Shown: positions 39,444 to 48,333, numbered from the stretch's first letter. The stretch: DNA of 54,732 bases from a virus (IMGVR_UViG_3300025450_000037:1-54732); one strand, 5' to 3'. A program made the numbers and translations. The notes: generated by a model not told the origin, from the sequence alone.

Positions 39444-39784
39444 TATATATTGGTAGCCTCTAGTTCTACCCACCCATTCAATAAAGTGTCTGCAGTATCA
39501 ATAATTTTAATTTGATAATATGATTTTGGAAGAACAAATTTTTCAGTCATACTTCCTGGAAAAGTAGCAATAATTGTTGCTCCCGTTGAGTCACTGATAT
39601 CTGAAACAATTTGCCCATCTTCTGTGGTAATTGTTGCACAAACAACTTTTCCACCTGGTTTATCTCTAACCTCTGCAATAATATGATAATTTGATATATC
39701 TATTGGATTATTTTCTGCGTCGGTATAGGTAATTGTTAAGGGCCATGTGTCGCCCTGAATTATTTGAAAATTAGTATATGCCAT
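39443..39784 (-). CDS. Virion adaptor-like protein (first gene of the fibre block)
   Basis: IIQGDTWPLTITY..PIDISNY...EVR motif is common in baseplate/fibre adaptor proteins. Confidence 0.55.
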   Translation of the reverse strand: MAYTNFQIIQGDTWPLTITYTDAENNPIDISNYHIIAEVRDKPGGKVVCATITTEDGQIVSDISDSTGATIIATFPGSMTEKFVLPKSYYQIKIIDTADTLLNGWVELEATNI

Positions 39785-39862
39785 TTGTCACCCCAGATTT
39801 ATAGTTAAATTATAACAGGTCTGAGATACAAATCATAGAATGTTAAATGATATAATAAAATT

Positions 39863-40558
39863 ATGTTAAAAGCCACAATAATTGGCGATTGCCACTCAAA
39901 TAGGCTTCTTGAACACTGGAAGCCTGAAGACCTTGTTCAATTTAAGATTTGGGGTAGGGCTGGTCAGTCTGCTTGGGGGTTTAATACTGCTTCAAAAAAG
40001 CTTTTAAATCGAGAAAGCAGCAAAATTGAAAAATTGCCAAATTTTTTAACATCTTACGATTCTGAAGAAGAAGATAAAAATCAAAAAAAACTAAAATCTA
40101 TTTTTTCTAGCATCGTGGACGAAGGAATAGTTTTTTCTTGGCTGGGCTATATAGACATAAAAATTGATCTACCAGAAAATGACGATACAGAAGAATGTGT
40201 AATAAGATATATATCTAGTTTAAAAAATTATTTTAAAAAAGCAAAAGTTGTCGTAATTGAACCTTTTCCTCAATTCATACCATACATTGGAATTAAAGAA
40301 GAAAATCTTAAAGAATGGTCGTGGGAAGAAAGAAAAAAATACAACAACGAATTTATACATTATTTAAAAAAACATTCAGCAGGTTTTGCCGAGATAATAA
40401 CACAAGAACAAATCTTTAATTTTTTAAAAATTAAACAAAATGATATGACAATAGATATTGCTAGAAAAAATGAGGATGGGACAATTAGCGATGCTCTAAA
40501 TTCTTATTATATGAAAAAAATATACGATTATTTAACAAACTTTGTTTTAAAAATGTAA
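39863..40558 (+). CDS. Hypothetical protein, SGNH-like N-terminus; lone inverted gene
   Basis: IIGDCHS resembles GDSH; GYIDI block. TGATATAAT ends 6 nt before the ATG. Confidence 0.55.
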   Translation: MLKATIIGDCHSNRLLEHWKPEDLVQFKIWGRAGQSAWGFNTASKKLLNRESSKIEKLPNFLTSYDSEEEDKNQKKLKSIFSSIVDEGIVFSWLGYIDIKIDLPENDDTEECVIRYISSLKNYFKKAKVVVIEPFPQFIPYIGIKEENLKEWSWEERKKYNNEFIHYLKKHSAGFAEIITQEQIFNFLKIKQNDMTIDIARKNEDGTISDALNSYYMKKIYDYLTNFVLKM

Positions 40559-40611
40559 AAGCCTTTGCCACGTATCCGCCGTAGAAACAAAGGCTCTTAA
40601 TATAAATTATA

Positions 40612-42546
40612 TCAATTTTTACCAATATCTACAATTTCACATTCCCCAGATACGCAAGCTAGCGCCTGGGTTCCCGTTGTTGTATCTTCTAGCTCATACA
40701 AAGACAATGCTGACCAATTAATATTTACTGGCATTTTTGCAACCATATCGTCATAAGCAGCCTTATCAACTTCTTGATATGGGGCTTGAACATAAGTATG
40801 TTCTGAATATGGTAAGAATGAAATTCCTGAGCATTCATCAAAATGTTTATAAACCCATGCACCAACTTCCATCCATTCATCTTCTTTTACTGAAACTGTA
40901 ATAGAAGGTTTATGCTCACACCAATGACGTTGATATGTTAACCATACTTCCAGTTGTTGAATAGCAGTTAGCTTATCTCTAGTGATTGCATGCTTTGGTG
41001 CCTTTACTGGAAATGAGAATACAGTTGTATCATTTGGCTTCATTACATCATCTTCTGATGGAATACCTGAATCTTTTAGGAACTGGGTTATAGGGTCTTT
41101 CTTGTCCCCACGAACTGTACGAATATAATAATCTGAATGCCAAGCATGCATTCCTGAAGACACCCCGACCAATTGGGAAACTGTGCCAGAAGGCTTTACG
41201 CAAGTAATTGCTGCTGAAGCGGGAATCCCAATTTTCTCTGCTTCTTCAATATTTGTTGCAAGAGCATACTCACGAAGTCTACCTAGGACATCTCCAAGCT
41301 TTGGCAAACCTTCCTGTCCAGAAAAGAACTTATGGCCAAACTGTCCTGTAAGTGAAACTCCTAGTAGACGCTCTTCTTCTGTGTTGTCTTTCCAAATCTT
41401 ACGGATGTACTTAAAGTCTGTAAGTGTTGATTGCCATGTTCCAAGAATTGTTGCAAGGCGGACCTTATTAGCAACATCCTCAACTGTATCTTTTTCACGA
41501 AGTACGACTTCTGAAAGGTTGCAAAACTGATAAGGACGTAGGATAATTTCTGAGCAAGGGTTAGTTCCATAGTGAATATCTGCACTACGTCTTCCATACT
41601 TTGCTGCTTGGGCTTGGGCTGCTGCCACATTGTAGATACCTCTTTCGCCCGACTTTGAATCATATAGTGATTTCCATTCTGAAATAAACTGTGCCATCTC
41701 TGGCTTACGTGAATATGCAACAGAGTTATTTGCTAGTGCACGTTGAGCATTTGATTCCCACCAATTACCAGCTTTAGCTGCTGCCATTTCAATATCGTTA
41801 ATATTTGAAAGAGATATAAGTGCTGAACGACGTACTCCGCCAACAACTACAACTTCTCCAATCTTACACATAATGTCGTGACATTCAATTGGCTTAAGTT
41901 GACGGCCAAGTGCTCCCTTAAATACTTGAATTGTAAAATCAAAAAGATTAACTAATGGTTGAGGACCTGATGATCTTCCACCCATTGTTTTAAGACGTGC
42001 ACCTGAAGGACGAACTTTGCTAACATCAATCTGTGGAATCTGTCCTGCCCACAAAAGACCTAAGAGTTCACGATATGCTTTTGCCCAACCTTCTTTAGAA
42101 TCTCCAACAATAACTACTGTACTTGACTTCTCAAGAGTTTCTGGAAGAGCGGGAAGTTTATTTATGTACTTATACTCAACAGAAAATCCAACACCAGTTC
42201 CACACATAAGAATATACATTGCTTCATCAAATGAACGAGCATTATCTACTGGTATAAATGAACAGTTATATCCTGCAACATTTTCTCTTTCTAGTGCGGG
42301 TCCTGCAGTCATAACAGAACGCATTGATGGCATAACGTTACGGTTAAATACAGCATCACGCAATTCTGCAACAAGCTTTGCATCTGGCTTATAGTTGTTA
42401 TTTTTTTCAAGATGCTCAACCATAAAGTTAAAGTAGCGGTCTACAGTTTCACCCCATGTTTCACGACGATTTTCATCTTCAAGCCATCTCGCATATCGAG
42501 ATAAAGCAATAAAGTTTTCATATGGGTTTTCAATTGAATTAGACAT
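40612..42546 (-). CDS. nrdJ: Class II (adenosylcobalamin-dependent, monomeric RTPR-type) ribonucleotide reductase
   Basis: RRETWGETVDR, AGYNCSF, GTGVGFSVE, GGVRRSA, TNPCSEI, TCVKPSGTVS and C-terminal ACVSGECEI. Confidence 0.95.
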   Translation of the reverse strand: MSNSIENPYENFIALSRYARWLEDENRRETWGETVDRYFNFMVEHLEKNNNYKPDAKLVAELRDAVFNRNVMPSMRSVMTAGPALERENVAGYNCSFIPVDNARSFDEAMYILMCGTGVGFSVEYKYINKLPALPETLEKSSTVVIVGDSKEGWAKAYRELLGLLWAGQIPQIDVSKVRPSGARLKTMGGRSSGPQPLVNLFDFTIQVFKGALGRQLKPIECHDIMCKIGEVVVVGGVRRSALISLSNINDIEMAAAKAGNWWESNAQRALANNSVAYSRKPEMAQFISEWKSLYDSKSGERGIYNVAAAQAQAAKYGRRSADIHYGTNPCSEIILRPYQFCNLSEVVLREKDTVEDVANKVRLATILGTWQSTLTDFKYIRKIWKDNTEEERLLGVSLTGQFGHKFFSGQEGLPKLGDVLGRLREYALATNIEEAEKIGIPASAAITCVKPSGTVSQLVGVSSGMHAWHSDYYIRTVRGDKKDPITQFLKDSGIPSEDDVMKPNDTTVFSFPVKAPKHAITRDKLTAIQQLEVWLTYQRHWCEHKPSITVSVKEDEWMEVGAWVYKHFDECSGISFLPYSEHTYVQAPYQEVDKAAYDDMVAKMPVNINWSALSLYELEDTTTGTQALACVSGECEIVDIGKN

Positions 42547-42609
42547 TTCTTCTCCTAGTTTTTTGATTGAGGTTTAAGTGTACCACATTGACATTTTGAA
42601 AATCAAAAT

Positions 42610-43605
42610 TTAAAGATTTTTATATATTTCTTTTAATCTTTGAACAACTGGTTTTGTAACTTCAAGCCAATCGTACTCTTGATGTATTTCAAAAGCTTTT
42701 CTAAACGTTTCTTTTGCAACATTTTCATAATTATTTACACAGTTAATCATATTTGTTTTTAAACTTTCTTTATTTGGTTCATACATAAATCCAGGATGTA
42801 TATCTTGCCAAGGATTTGTAGAAAGATTTGTTTCAATTACAAAAGGAACATATTTTTTATAATCTGCCCAATCAACTGTGCTTATTACTGGCATTCCAGT
42901 TGCTAAAGCTTCTAAAGGTTGAAAACCAAAACCCTCTCCCCAGCTAGGGTAAACAAAAACATCCGACAAAGAATATAAATCAATCATTTGTTGATCAGTA
43001 AAAAAAACATCTATACAAACAATGTTGTCATACAAAGCTGACGGTGAAGACCAATACCCCCATTTATCTTTAACTTTAACATTATTCATTCTAGAAGCTT
43101 TCATTATCAATCTATATTTAGGATCATTACCAAACAATTCTATAAATGCTTCAGTTAGCATCTGTGCATCTTTTCTGGCAAAAGGCTCACCTATATGTAA
43201 AAATGTAAATGGATCATGAGCAGATTTTCTTTTTTTGGGAATAAATCTTTCATCAATGCCATGTTTATAATAAAAAACAGGTTTATCTGGAAAATGATGT
43301 TTAAAAATATTTGCTACCCATGGAGATGTGCCCCAAATTTCATCTGCTTCTTCAAAATTTTTAATTTGATCTTTTGTTAAACCAGTTGATTCCCAAGCAG
43401 AGTAAGCAATCTTGTAAGCATTTTTATTTTTAAATTTATGGCTCCATGGATCTGCCCATGAAATTTCAATATCTGGATTATCAATTTCAAAACCACAATT
43501 TACACCAAGTTTATTAAAAGATTTATATATCATTTGAGCTGCTTGACCATATCCAGCATTTTTAGACATATATCGCATTGCGTCACCAGTAAAGGAAATT
43601 TTCAC
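42610..43605 (-). CDS. GT4-family (GT-B) glycosyltransferase
   Basis: RKD, DVFVYPSWGEGFGFQPLEALATGMPVI. Confidence 0.92.
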   Translation of the reverse strand: MKISFTGDAMRYMSKNAGYGQAAQMIYKSFNKLGVNCGFEIDNPDIEISWADPWSHKFKNKNAYKIAYSAWESTGLTKDQIKNFEEADEIWGTSPWVANIFKHHFPDKPVFYYKHGIDERFIPKKRKSAHDPFTFLHIGEPFARKDAQMLTEAFIELFGNDPKYRLIMKASRMNNVKVKDKWGYWSSPSALYDNIVCIDVFFTDQQMIDLYSLSDVFVYPSWGEGFGFQPLEALATGMPVISTVDWADYKKYVPFVIETNLSTNPWQDIHPGFMYEPNKESLKTNMINCVNNYENVAKETFRKAFEIHQEYDWLEVTKPVVQRLKEIYKNL

Positions 43606-43635
43606 GCTTAATTAGGCTCCAAACTTGTTTTTCTA

Positions 43636-43653
43636 ATTGTATCATGATACGAT
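43636..43653. promoter_or_regulatory. Back-to-back divergent extended -10 promoters at the strand switch
   Basis: Near-palindrome attgtatca|tgatacgat reads TGATACAAT on minus and TGATACGAT on plus. Confidence 0.6.
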
Positions 43654-43687
43654 TGTGTTTACTACTCTTTCCTCAAGGAGGTTCAAA

Positions 43688-44371
43688 ATGAACAATGAGA
43701 ACAAAACAAGGATAAGAACAACGTGGACAATGGTGTGTGTGATGATTCTCACATTATTTTTTGGAGTAAATTCCGAAGCCCACGCTTTAACAGCAAAAAC
43801 TATCGTGTATAATAAAAATATATTATATATTAATAAATATATTAATTTAGTTAATATTAAAAATATTATTAATATAGATATATTAAATAATAATAAAAGA
43901 AATGCAAGCAATACAGTTTATTTTATTAATGATCTGTCCACTGGCAAAACTTTTGAAATGCCCGCTTATAGCAAAATGCTAAAATTAAATCAAAGAGTAG
44001 ATCCAAGGGTAATAATATCAAGACTTTCCAATGCAATTCTTTCTCAAGAGACTGGGGGAGTTGGTGCATATTATAGAAAGTCTTATTCCAGCAGTGCATG
44101 TGGAGCTTTCCAATACATGTCTACATCATGGAATAACTTTATGGGATACAAAAATGCTTGTGATGCACCAGAATGGGTACAGGATGAACGTATGATTGGC
44201 GAACTAAAATCGTCTTATGCGCTGTACCATGACTGGAGAAAAGCTGTAGCAGCACATTTGTGCCCATCAAGAGCAGGCAATATGGCAACCTGGTTCAAGC
44301 CAGTTTCAGGGAATCCTACTGTCTACCAATATGTCACATCTGTATTTCAGAAGGCAAACATAGCATACTGA
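43688..44371 (+). CDS. Secreted lytic transglycosylase-like (lysozyme-fold) protein
   Basis: Signal peptide ending AHA; AILSQETGG (catalytic Glu), SACGAFQYM..W and APEWVQD. AAGGAGG RBS before ATG 43688. Confidence 0.8.
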   Translation: MNNENKTRIRTTWTMVCVMILTLFFGVNSEAHALTAKTIVYNKNILYINKYINLVNIKNIINIDILNNNKRNASNTVYFINDLSTGKTFEMPAYSKMLKLNQRVDPRVIISRLSNAILSQETGGVGAYYRKSYSSSACGAFQYMSTSWNNFMGYKNACDAPEWVQDERMIGELKSSYALYHDWRKAVAAHLCPSRAGNMATWFKPVSGNPTVYQYVTSVFQKANIAY

Positions 44372-44601
44372 TGAAAATTCAAGTATTCTCTCAGTATTAC
44401 AACTTAGCGCAGGCGGGCAGGGTAAAACCTCTCGCCTGTCCTAATCATAAATCAGATTACACATTTAGCGATGTTATATATTGGCTTGTGCACAAAAGTG
44501 TAGAAGACGATATCGTGCTATACTGTACAGCATGTGGGTACGAGCAAATTGCAGGACTACAGCTATATGAAAATATTTTAAAGGAGATCAGAAATGCCTA
44601 G
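44371..44601 (+). CDS. Small Zn-ribbon-like protein
   Basis: CPNH...CTAC; ATG overlaps the upstream stop. Confidence 0.6.
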   Translation: MKIQVFSQYYNLAQAGRVKPLACPNHKSDYTFSDVIYWLVHKSVEDDIVLYCTACGYEQIAGLQLYENILKEIRNA

Positions 44602-45067
44602 TGTTGGCGATTATTTTGTAGTAAGAACAAATGGCTGGGCAGGCTGGCTAATAAGATTTGGTACTGGTTCAAAGTGGAACCATGCTGGAATCTATATCGG
44701 CGATGGCAAAATTGTAGAAGCAAGACCAGTAGGGGTCACTATAAGTGATTTTTCAAAATATGACGGGATGCCGATACTCTGGAATACTAAAGTTGATAAT
44801 GTTTTGCCTGAAGTTGGACAACATATTGCAAATAGGTCAAAACAGTTTGTTGGAGATAAATATGGGTTTTGGTCAATTGTAAACATTGCCCTTAAAATTC
44901 TATTTCTTGGCTGGTTTCCAAATATGCGACGTGCTGAAAACGAAAATAGCGTAATTTGCTCTCAACTTGTAGCTTGGGCATACTCAGTAGGTGGAATTAA
45001 AGTTTCAAATAAACAACATGCTCTTGTTACACCCAAAATTCTTGCAAATCGCTTGACGGAAAAGTGA
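44594..45067 (+). CDS. Permuted papain-like amidase (YaeF/YiiX, C92-like)
   Basis: WNHAGIYIG precedes ICSQLVAWAY (His before Cys). Confidence 0.8.
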   Translation: MPSVGDYFVVRTNGWAGWLIRFGTGSKWNHAGIYIGDGKIVEARPVGVTISDFSKYDGMPILWNTKVDNVLPEVGQHIANRSKQFVGDKYGFWSIVNIALKILFLGWFPNMRRAENENSVICSQLVAWAYSVGGIKVSNKQHALVTPKILANRLTEK

Positions 45068-45081
45068 GTCGGAAGTAGGAA

Positions 45082-45597
45082 ATGGACCTTTTGCCTATTG
45101 TAAACAATCGCTCATGTGGCGAATGTACAAAATGCTGTGAAGGTCATCTTAGGGGCGACATCAATCTGTCGGATGGTCGTAAATCCTGGATTGGTCAAGA
45201 AAAAGACGGCACTTTGCACCCATGTGGGTTCTTAAATCAAGGCGTTGGATGTGGGGCTTATGAAAATAGGCCTACAATCCCCTGCAAGGTCTTTAAATGC
45301 GACTGGCTAACCAATTCCGATATGCCAGAGTCGTTCAAGCCTAGCAACTCTGGAGCTATTTTCTCCACTCGCACTGTAAAAGGTCAAACATATACAAAAA
45401 TTATTGAGGCGGGACGAAAGTTAGACTCAGAAGTTTTGTCTTGGGCGATAGAATACTACCTTGCAAGAGGTGAAAACTTCTCTTGGCGTGTTTTAGACAA
45501 CATTTTTTGGCTTGGAGATGAAGAATTTAACAAGATGATGAATGAAGACTATCCATTATTGTCAGAAACAAATGCAAATGGCGAAAATAATCACTGA
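45082..45597 (+). CDS. YkgJ-like cysteine-cluster (Fe-S/Zn) protein
   Basis: CGECTKCC...CGFL...CGAYENRP..CKVFKC. Confidence 0.7.
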   Translation: MDLLPIVNNRSCGECTKCCEGHLRGDINLSDGRKSWIGQEKDGTLHPCGFLNQGVGCGAYENRPTIPCKVFKCDWLTNSDMPESFKPSNSGAIFSTRTVKGQTYTKIIEAGRKLDSEVLSWAIEYYLARGENFSWRVLDNIFWLGDEEFNKMMNEDYPLLSETNANGENNH

Positions 45598-45835
45598 ACG
45601 AGCGTACATTGAGCCGTTCGGGGAGGATGAACAGGAAAATTTTGCCATTTTGCTTCATATTAAGCAGGGAAATGATCATCATTACGCTGGAAAGGTCGAA
45701 TTAGACCGTAATATTCCATGGATTTATTTCGAAAATACGCCTGATGGCCATTTAGAGATCAATAATTCGGCGGGTATGGAGAATAATAAATGGGATCACA
45801 TAACATATTACATATTGGATAATAAAGATGAATAG
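45578..45835 (+). CDS. Hypothetical protein
   Basis: ORF overlapping both neighbours. Confidence 0.55.
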   Translation: MAKIITERAYIEPFGEDEQENFAILLHIKQGNDHHYAGKVELDRNIPWIYFENTPDGHLEINNSAGMENNKWDHITYYILDNKDE

Positions 45836-46574
45836 TTTTGCCTCAATGTGGTATGGATCACATTTAAATAATCTAGAAAAACTTACCATTAAGTCTTATT
45901 TGGCTAACGGATATGATTTTACCCTTTATGCTTACGATAAAAGCCTAGAAGTGCCATCTGGAGCGATATTAAGAGATGCCAGAGAGATAATGCCAGAAGA
46001 TATGATATACGGCGAGAAAGGATATTGGCAACCATTTTCGGATATGTTCCGATATAAGATGCTAATGGATACAGATCATATATGGGTAGATATGGATGCT
46101 ATATGTCTAAGAGATGATTGGAACTTTGGTGATTATATCCTAGGATTAGAAGAAGATCATGAGTATATATCCAAAGTAAACAATGCTGTTTTAAAACTCC
46201 CGCCCAATAGTGAAGCTTTAAAATACATGTATGAGTATTGCTTAAATGTAGACAAATCTGCAATTAATTGGAATCCTTCATATCCTGGACCACCTATTGA
46301 ATTAGGTCCTATATTGCTAGAGCAAGCAGTTGAAAAATTTAATTTGAAAAAGTATGTTCAGTCAGAGAAAACTTTTTACCCTATAAATTGGCAATATGCG
46401 CATATGCATTTTCATCCCGACCCTAAAGTAGCAGAAAAAATAAAAATCATATCAAAAGATAGTTATACTGCTCACATCACTTCTTCTGTAGCATCTACTA
46501 GAGTTAATAAAAATTTTTTTCCAAAAGATAGCTATATCGGATATCTTGCTAAAAAATATGGAATGGAGGTATAA
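45828..46574 (+). CDS. DXD-type glycosyltransferase (GT32/alpha-1,4-glycosyltransferase-like)
   Basis: FSDMFRYKML...WVDMDAICL...GPILL...FYPINW. Confidence 0.8.
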   Translation: MNSFASMWYGSHLNNLEKLTIKSYLANGYDFTLYAYDKSLEVPSGAILRDAREIMPEDMIYGEKGYWQPFSDMFRYKMLMDTDHIWVDMDAICLRDDWNFGDYILGLEEDHEYISKVNNAVLKLPPNSEALKYMYEYCLNVDKSAINWNPSYPGPPIELGPILLEQAVEKFNLKKYVQSEKTFYPINWQYAHMHFHPDPKVAEKIKIISKDSYTAHITSSVASTRVNKNFFPKDSYIGYLAKKYGMEV

Positions 46575-46578
46575 ACAT

Positions 46579-46821
46579 ATGAGTGAATTAAAAGAACCTA
46601 ATGTAGATCTAAATGAAAACATAAGAGATTTATTAGGAGCTATATTTATCCAAGAACAGCGTAATTATGATATGCTCATGATTATTGCTGATAAGTTAGG
46701 TGCAGATGCCAATAAATTATTAAAGATGCATGAACTTGGAGAAGTTCTAGCTCCCGCCCCATCTTTTAAATTTGAAGATGAAGCAAATCCTGATAAAGAT
46801 CTAATTCACGACTTTGAATAA
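46579..46821 (+). CDS. Hypothetical protein
   Basis: GGAGG RBS before ATG 46579. Confidence 0.6.
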   Translation: MSELKEPNVDLNENIRDLLGAIFIQEQRNYDMLMIIADKLGADANKLLKMHELGEVLAPAPSFKFEDEANPDKDLIHDFE

Positions 46822-46843
46822 ATAATGATATAATTATATTATC

Positions 46844-47002
46844 ATGAGCCCAAGATACAATAGACGCAATATGCAATCTCCTTACTTTGAGAAAAAACCA
46901 TATGGTCATGATAATCCAGGTGCAAAAGGTGCTGAATGGGAAGCTGCTATTGAAGCTTTTTTCTCCCGCCTAATTTCTAAAGTTAAATTCTGGTCTAAAT
47001 AA
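46844..47002 (+). CDS. 52-aa hypothetical protein
   Basis: MSPRYNRRNMQSPYFEKK...; TGATATAAT at 46826-46834; followed by a hairpin. Confidence 0.55.
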   Translation: MSPRYNRRNMQSPYFEKKPYGHDNPGAKGAEWEAAIEAFFSRLISKVKFWSK

Positions 47003-47010
47003 ACCATTTA

Positions 47011-47040
47011 AATGATCCATAATTTTAGTTATGGATCATT
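47011..47040 (+). terminator. Inverted repeat terminator closing the middle block
   Basis: aatgatccataa-N6-ttatggatcatt followed by T-rich sequence. Confidence 0.65.
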
Positions 47041-47316
47041 CTATTTTCTCAGGAATTTCTCAGTTTTAAATTTGATCAAAATGTTAATGTATATTTTTGA
47101 TGTATGATACATTTTTCTGGCACAAAAAGCAAAAAATAATAGTCCGCCCGAAATGTCCAATTTGTACACATAAATGACCAGTCACACTTAAAAATATTTT
47201 TTAATTTGTCCTATTTTGTCCGTTTTGCGACTTGATTTTTCCAAAATAGTATGCTAGTATTCTACTATAAGAGTTAATAAAGGTTATTAACACTAAAAAG
47301 AAAGTGAGTCTAACTA

Positions 47317-47556
47317 ATGACTACATATAATGAATACTATAATGAAATCCGTACCGATATTGCTAAAGAGTTTGGCTTAGAGTTTGGTGGATTCGCTCCA
47401 TCTCCCCGCCCTGCTTTATCAGTAAATCAGGCTCTATATCTTAACGCTAAGTATCAGAGCGACCCTCTTGCTCTTGAGCCTAACCAAAAGGCGGTTGAAA
47501 TCGCCCGCCGTTATGGTAGCCTAGTCAAGATGTGGCGTAACTCACAGACACGCTAA
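47317..47556 (+). CDS. Early-region hypothetical protein
   Basis: 79 aa; AAGAAAGTGAG leader. Confidence 0.65.
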   Translation: MTTYNEYYNEIRTDIAKEFGLEFGGFAPSPRPALSVNQALYLNAKYQSDPLALEPNQKAVEIARRYGSLVKMWRNSQTR

Positions 47557-47575
47557 CGGCGTGTCGTGTTGATTT

Positions 47576-47597
47576 TGTCAGTGCTATCTGATAGACT
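47576..47597 (+). promoter_or_regulatory. RecA-NDp/PafBC-type promoter 1
   Basis: TGTCAGTG-ctatctga-TAGACT. Confidence 0.8.
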
Positions 47598-47693
47598 ACC
47601 GTCATAACAATTAAATAAAGATAAATCCCGTGAGCCCTACACAGTAGGCAAATAATCGGGCAAGGAAAAGAACTACTAAAGAAAGGTGACAAA

Positions 47694-47840
47694 ATGTCAT
47701 ACTCATTTGATAACACTAACACAGATCGTTGGTCTGAATTGGCTGATGGATATCAATCAATGCTTGATGAATTAAATAATGAAGAATTAGAATCAGTATT
47801 TGTACCAGTTGATTCGTTTGATGAATTGGAGATTTTATAA
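47694..47840 (+). CDS. 48-aa acidic protein
   Basis: MSYSFDNTNTDRWSELADGYQSMLDELNNEELESVFVPVDSFDELEIL; GAAAGGTGA RBS. Confidence 0.65.
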   Translation: MSYSFDNTNTDRWSELADGYQSMLDELNNEELESVFVPVDSFDELEIL

Positions 47841-47957
47841 ATGATTATCCTAACCTATATTGTAAGAGGGCTAATGCTACTTGCACTCCCGCCCCTATGT
47901 ATGCTAATGTATGCTATTGTAAAAGACGTAAAGACTTGGGGGCAAAATGAAAACTAA
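47841..47957 (+). CDS. 38-aa membrane peptide
   Basis: MIILTYIVRGLMLLALPPLCMLMYAIVKD...; adjacent to both neighbours. Confidence 0.5.
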   Translation: MIILTYIVRGLMLLALPPLCMLMYAIVKDVKTWGQNEN

Positions 47958-48108
47958 GATAATCGTATTAGGTATAGCGTTAGCACTTATGCCAAATATG
48001 GCACAGGCTAAATCTAATAGTCATAAGTGGCATTACACTATGACCTACCACCGCCCGACCCACGTTCGGTGTCCATATGCTGGGTGTCGCTCAGACCTTC
48101 AACCCTAA
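47947..48108 (+). CDS. 53-aa putative secreted peptide
   Basis: MKTKIIVLGIALALMPNMAQA signal peptide, then a His-rich tail with CPYAGC. Confidence 0.5.
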   Translation: MKTKIIVLGIALALMPNMAQAKSNSHKWHYTMTYHRPTHVRCPYAGCRSDLQP

Positions 48109-48112
48109 CAAA

Positions 48113-48134
48113 TGTCAGTGGTCTATGGTAGACT
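48113..48134 (+). promoter_or_regulatory. RecA-NDp/PafBC-type promoter 2
   Basis: TGTCAGTG-gtctatgg-TAGACT. Confidence 0.8.
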
Positions 48135-48168
48135 ACTACTAACAACAACAAGAAAAGGATAAAAAATA

Positions 48169-48333
48169 ATGACAACAGAAAATCGTACATATCAGGTAGG
48201 CGATCTTTTTACTACACAACGTAGCAAGGTAACAGGCACGATCAAGGAGATCGTAAATGTTAAGCCTAATCAGTCTCGTGTTAAGTTGTCAGTAGACGGC
48301 AAGGATCGCTGGACTACTGTAACAATCAAGTAA
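48169..48333 (+). CDS. 54-aa small beta-barrel-like protein, paralog A
   Basis: MTTENRTYQVGDLFTTQRSKVTGTI...; GAAAAGGA RBS. Confidence 0.75.
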   Translation: MTTENRTYQVGDLFTTQRSKVTGTIKEIVNVKPNQSRVKLSVDGKDRWTTVTIK

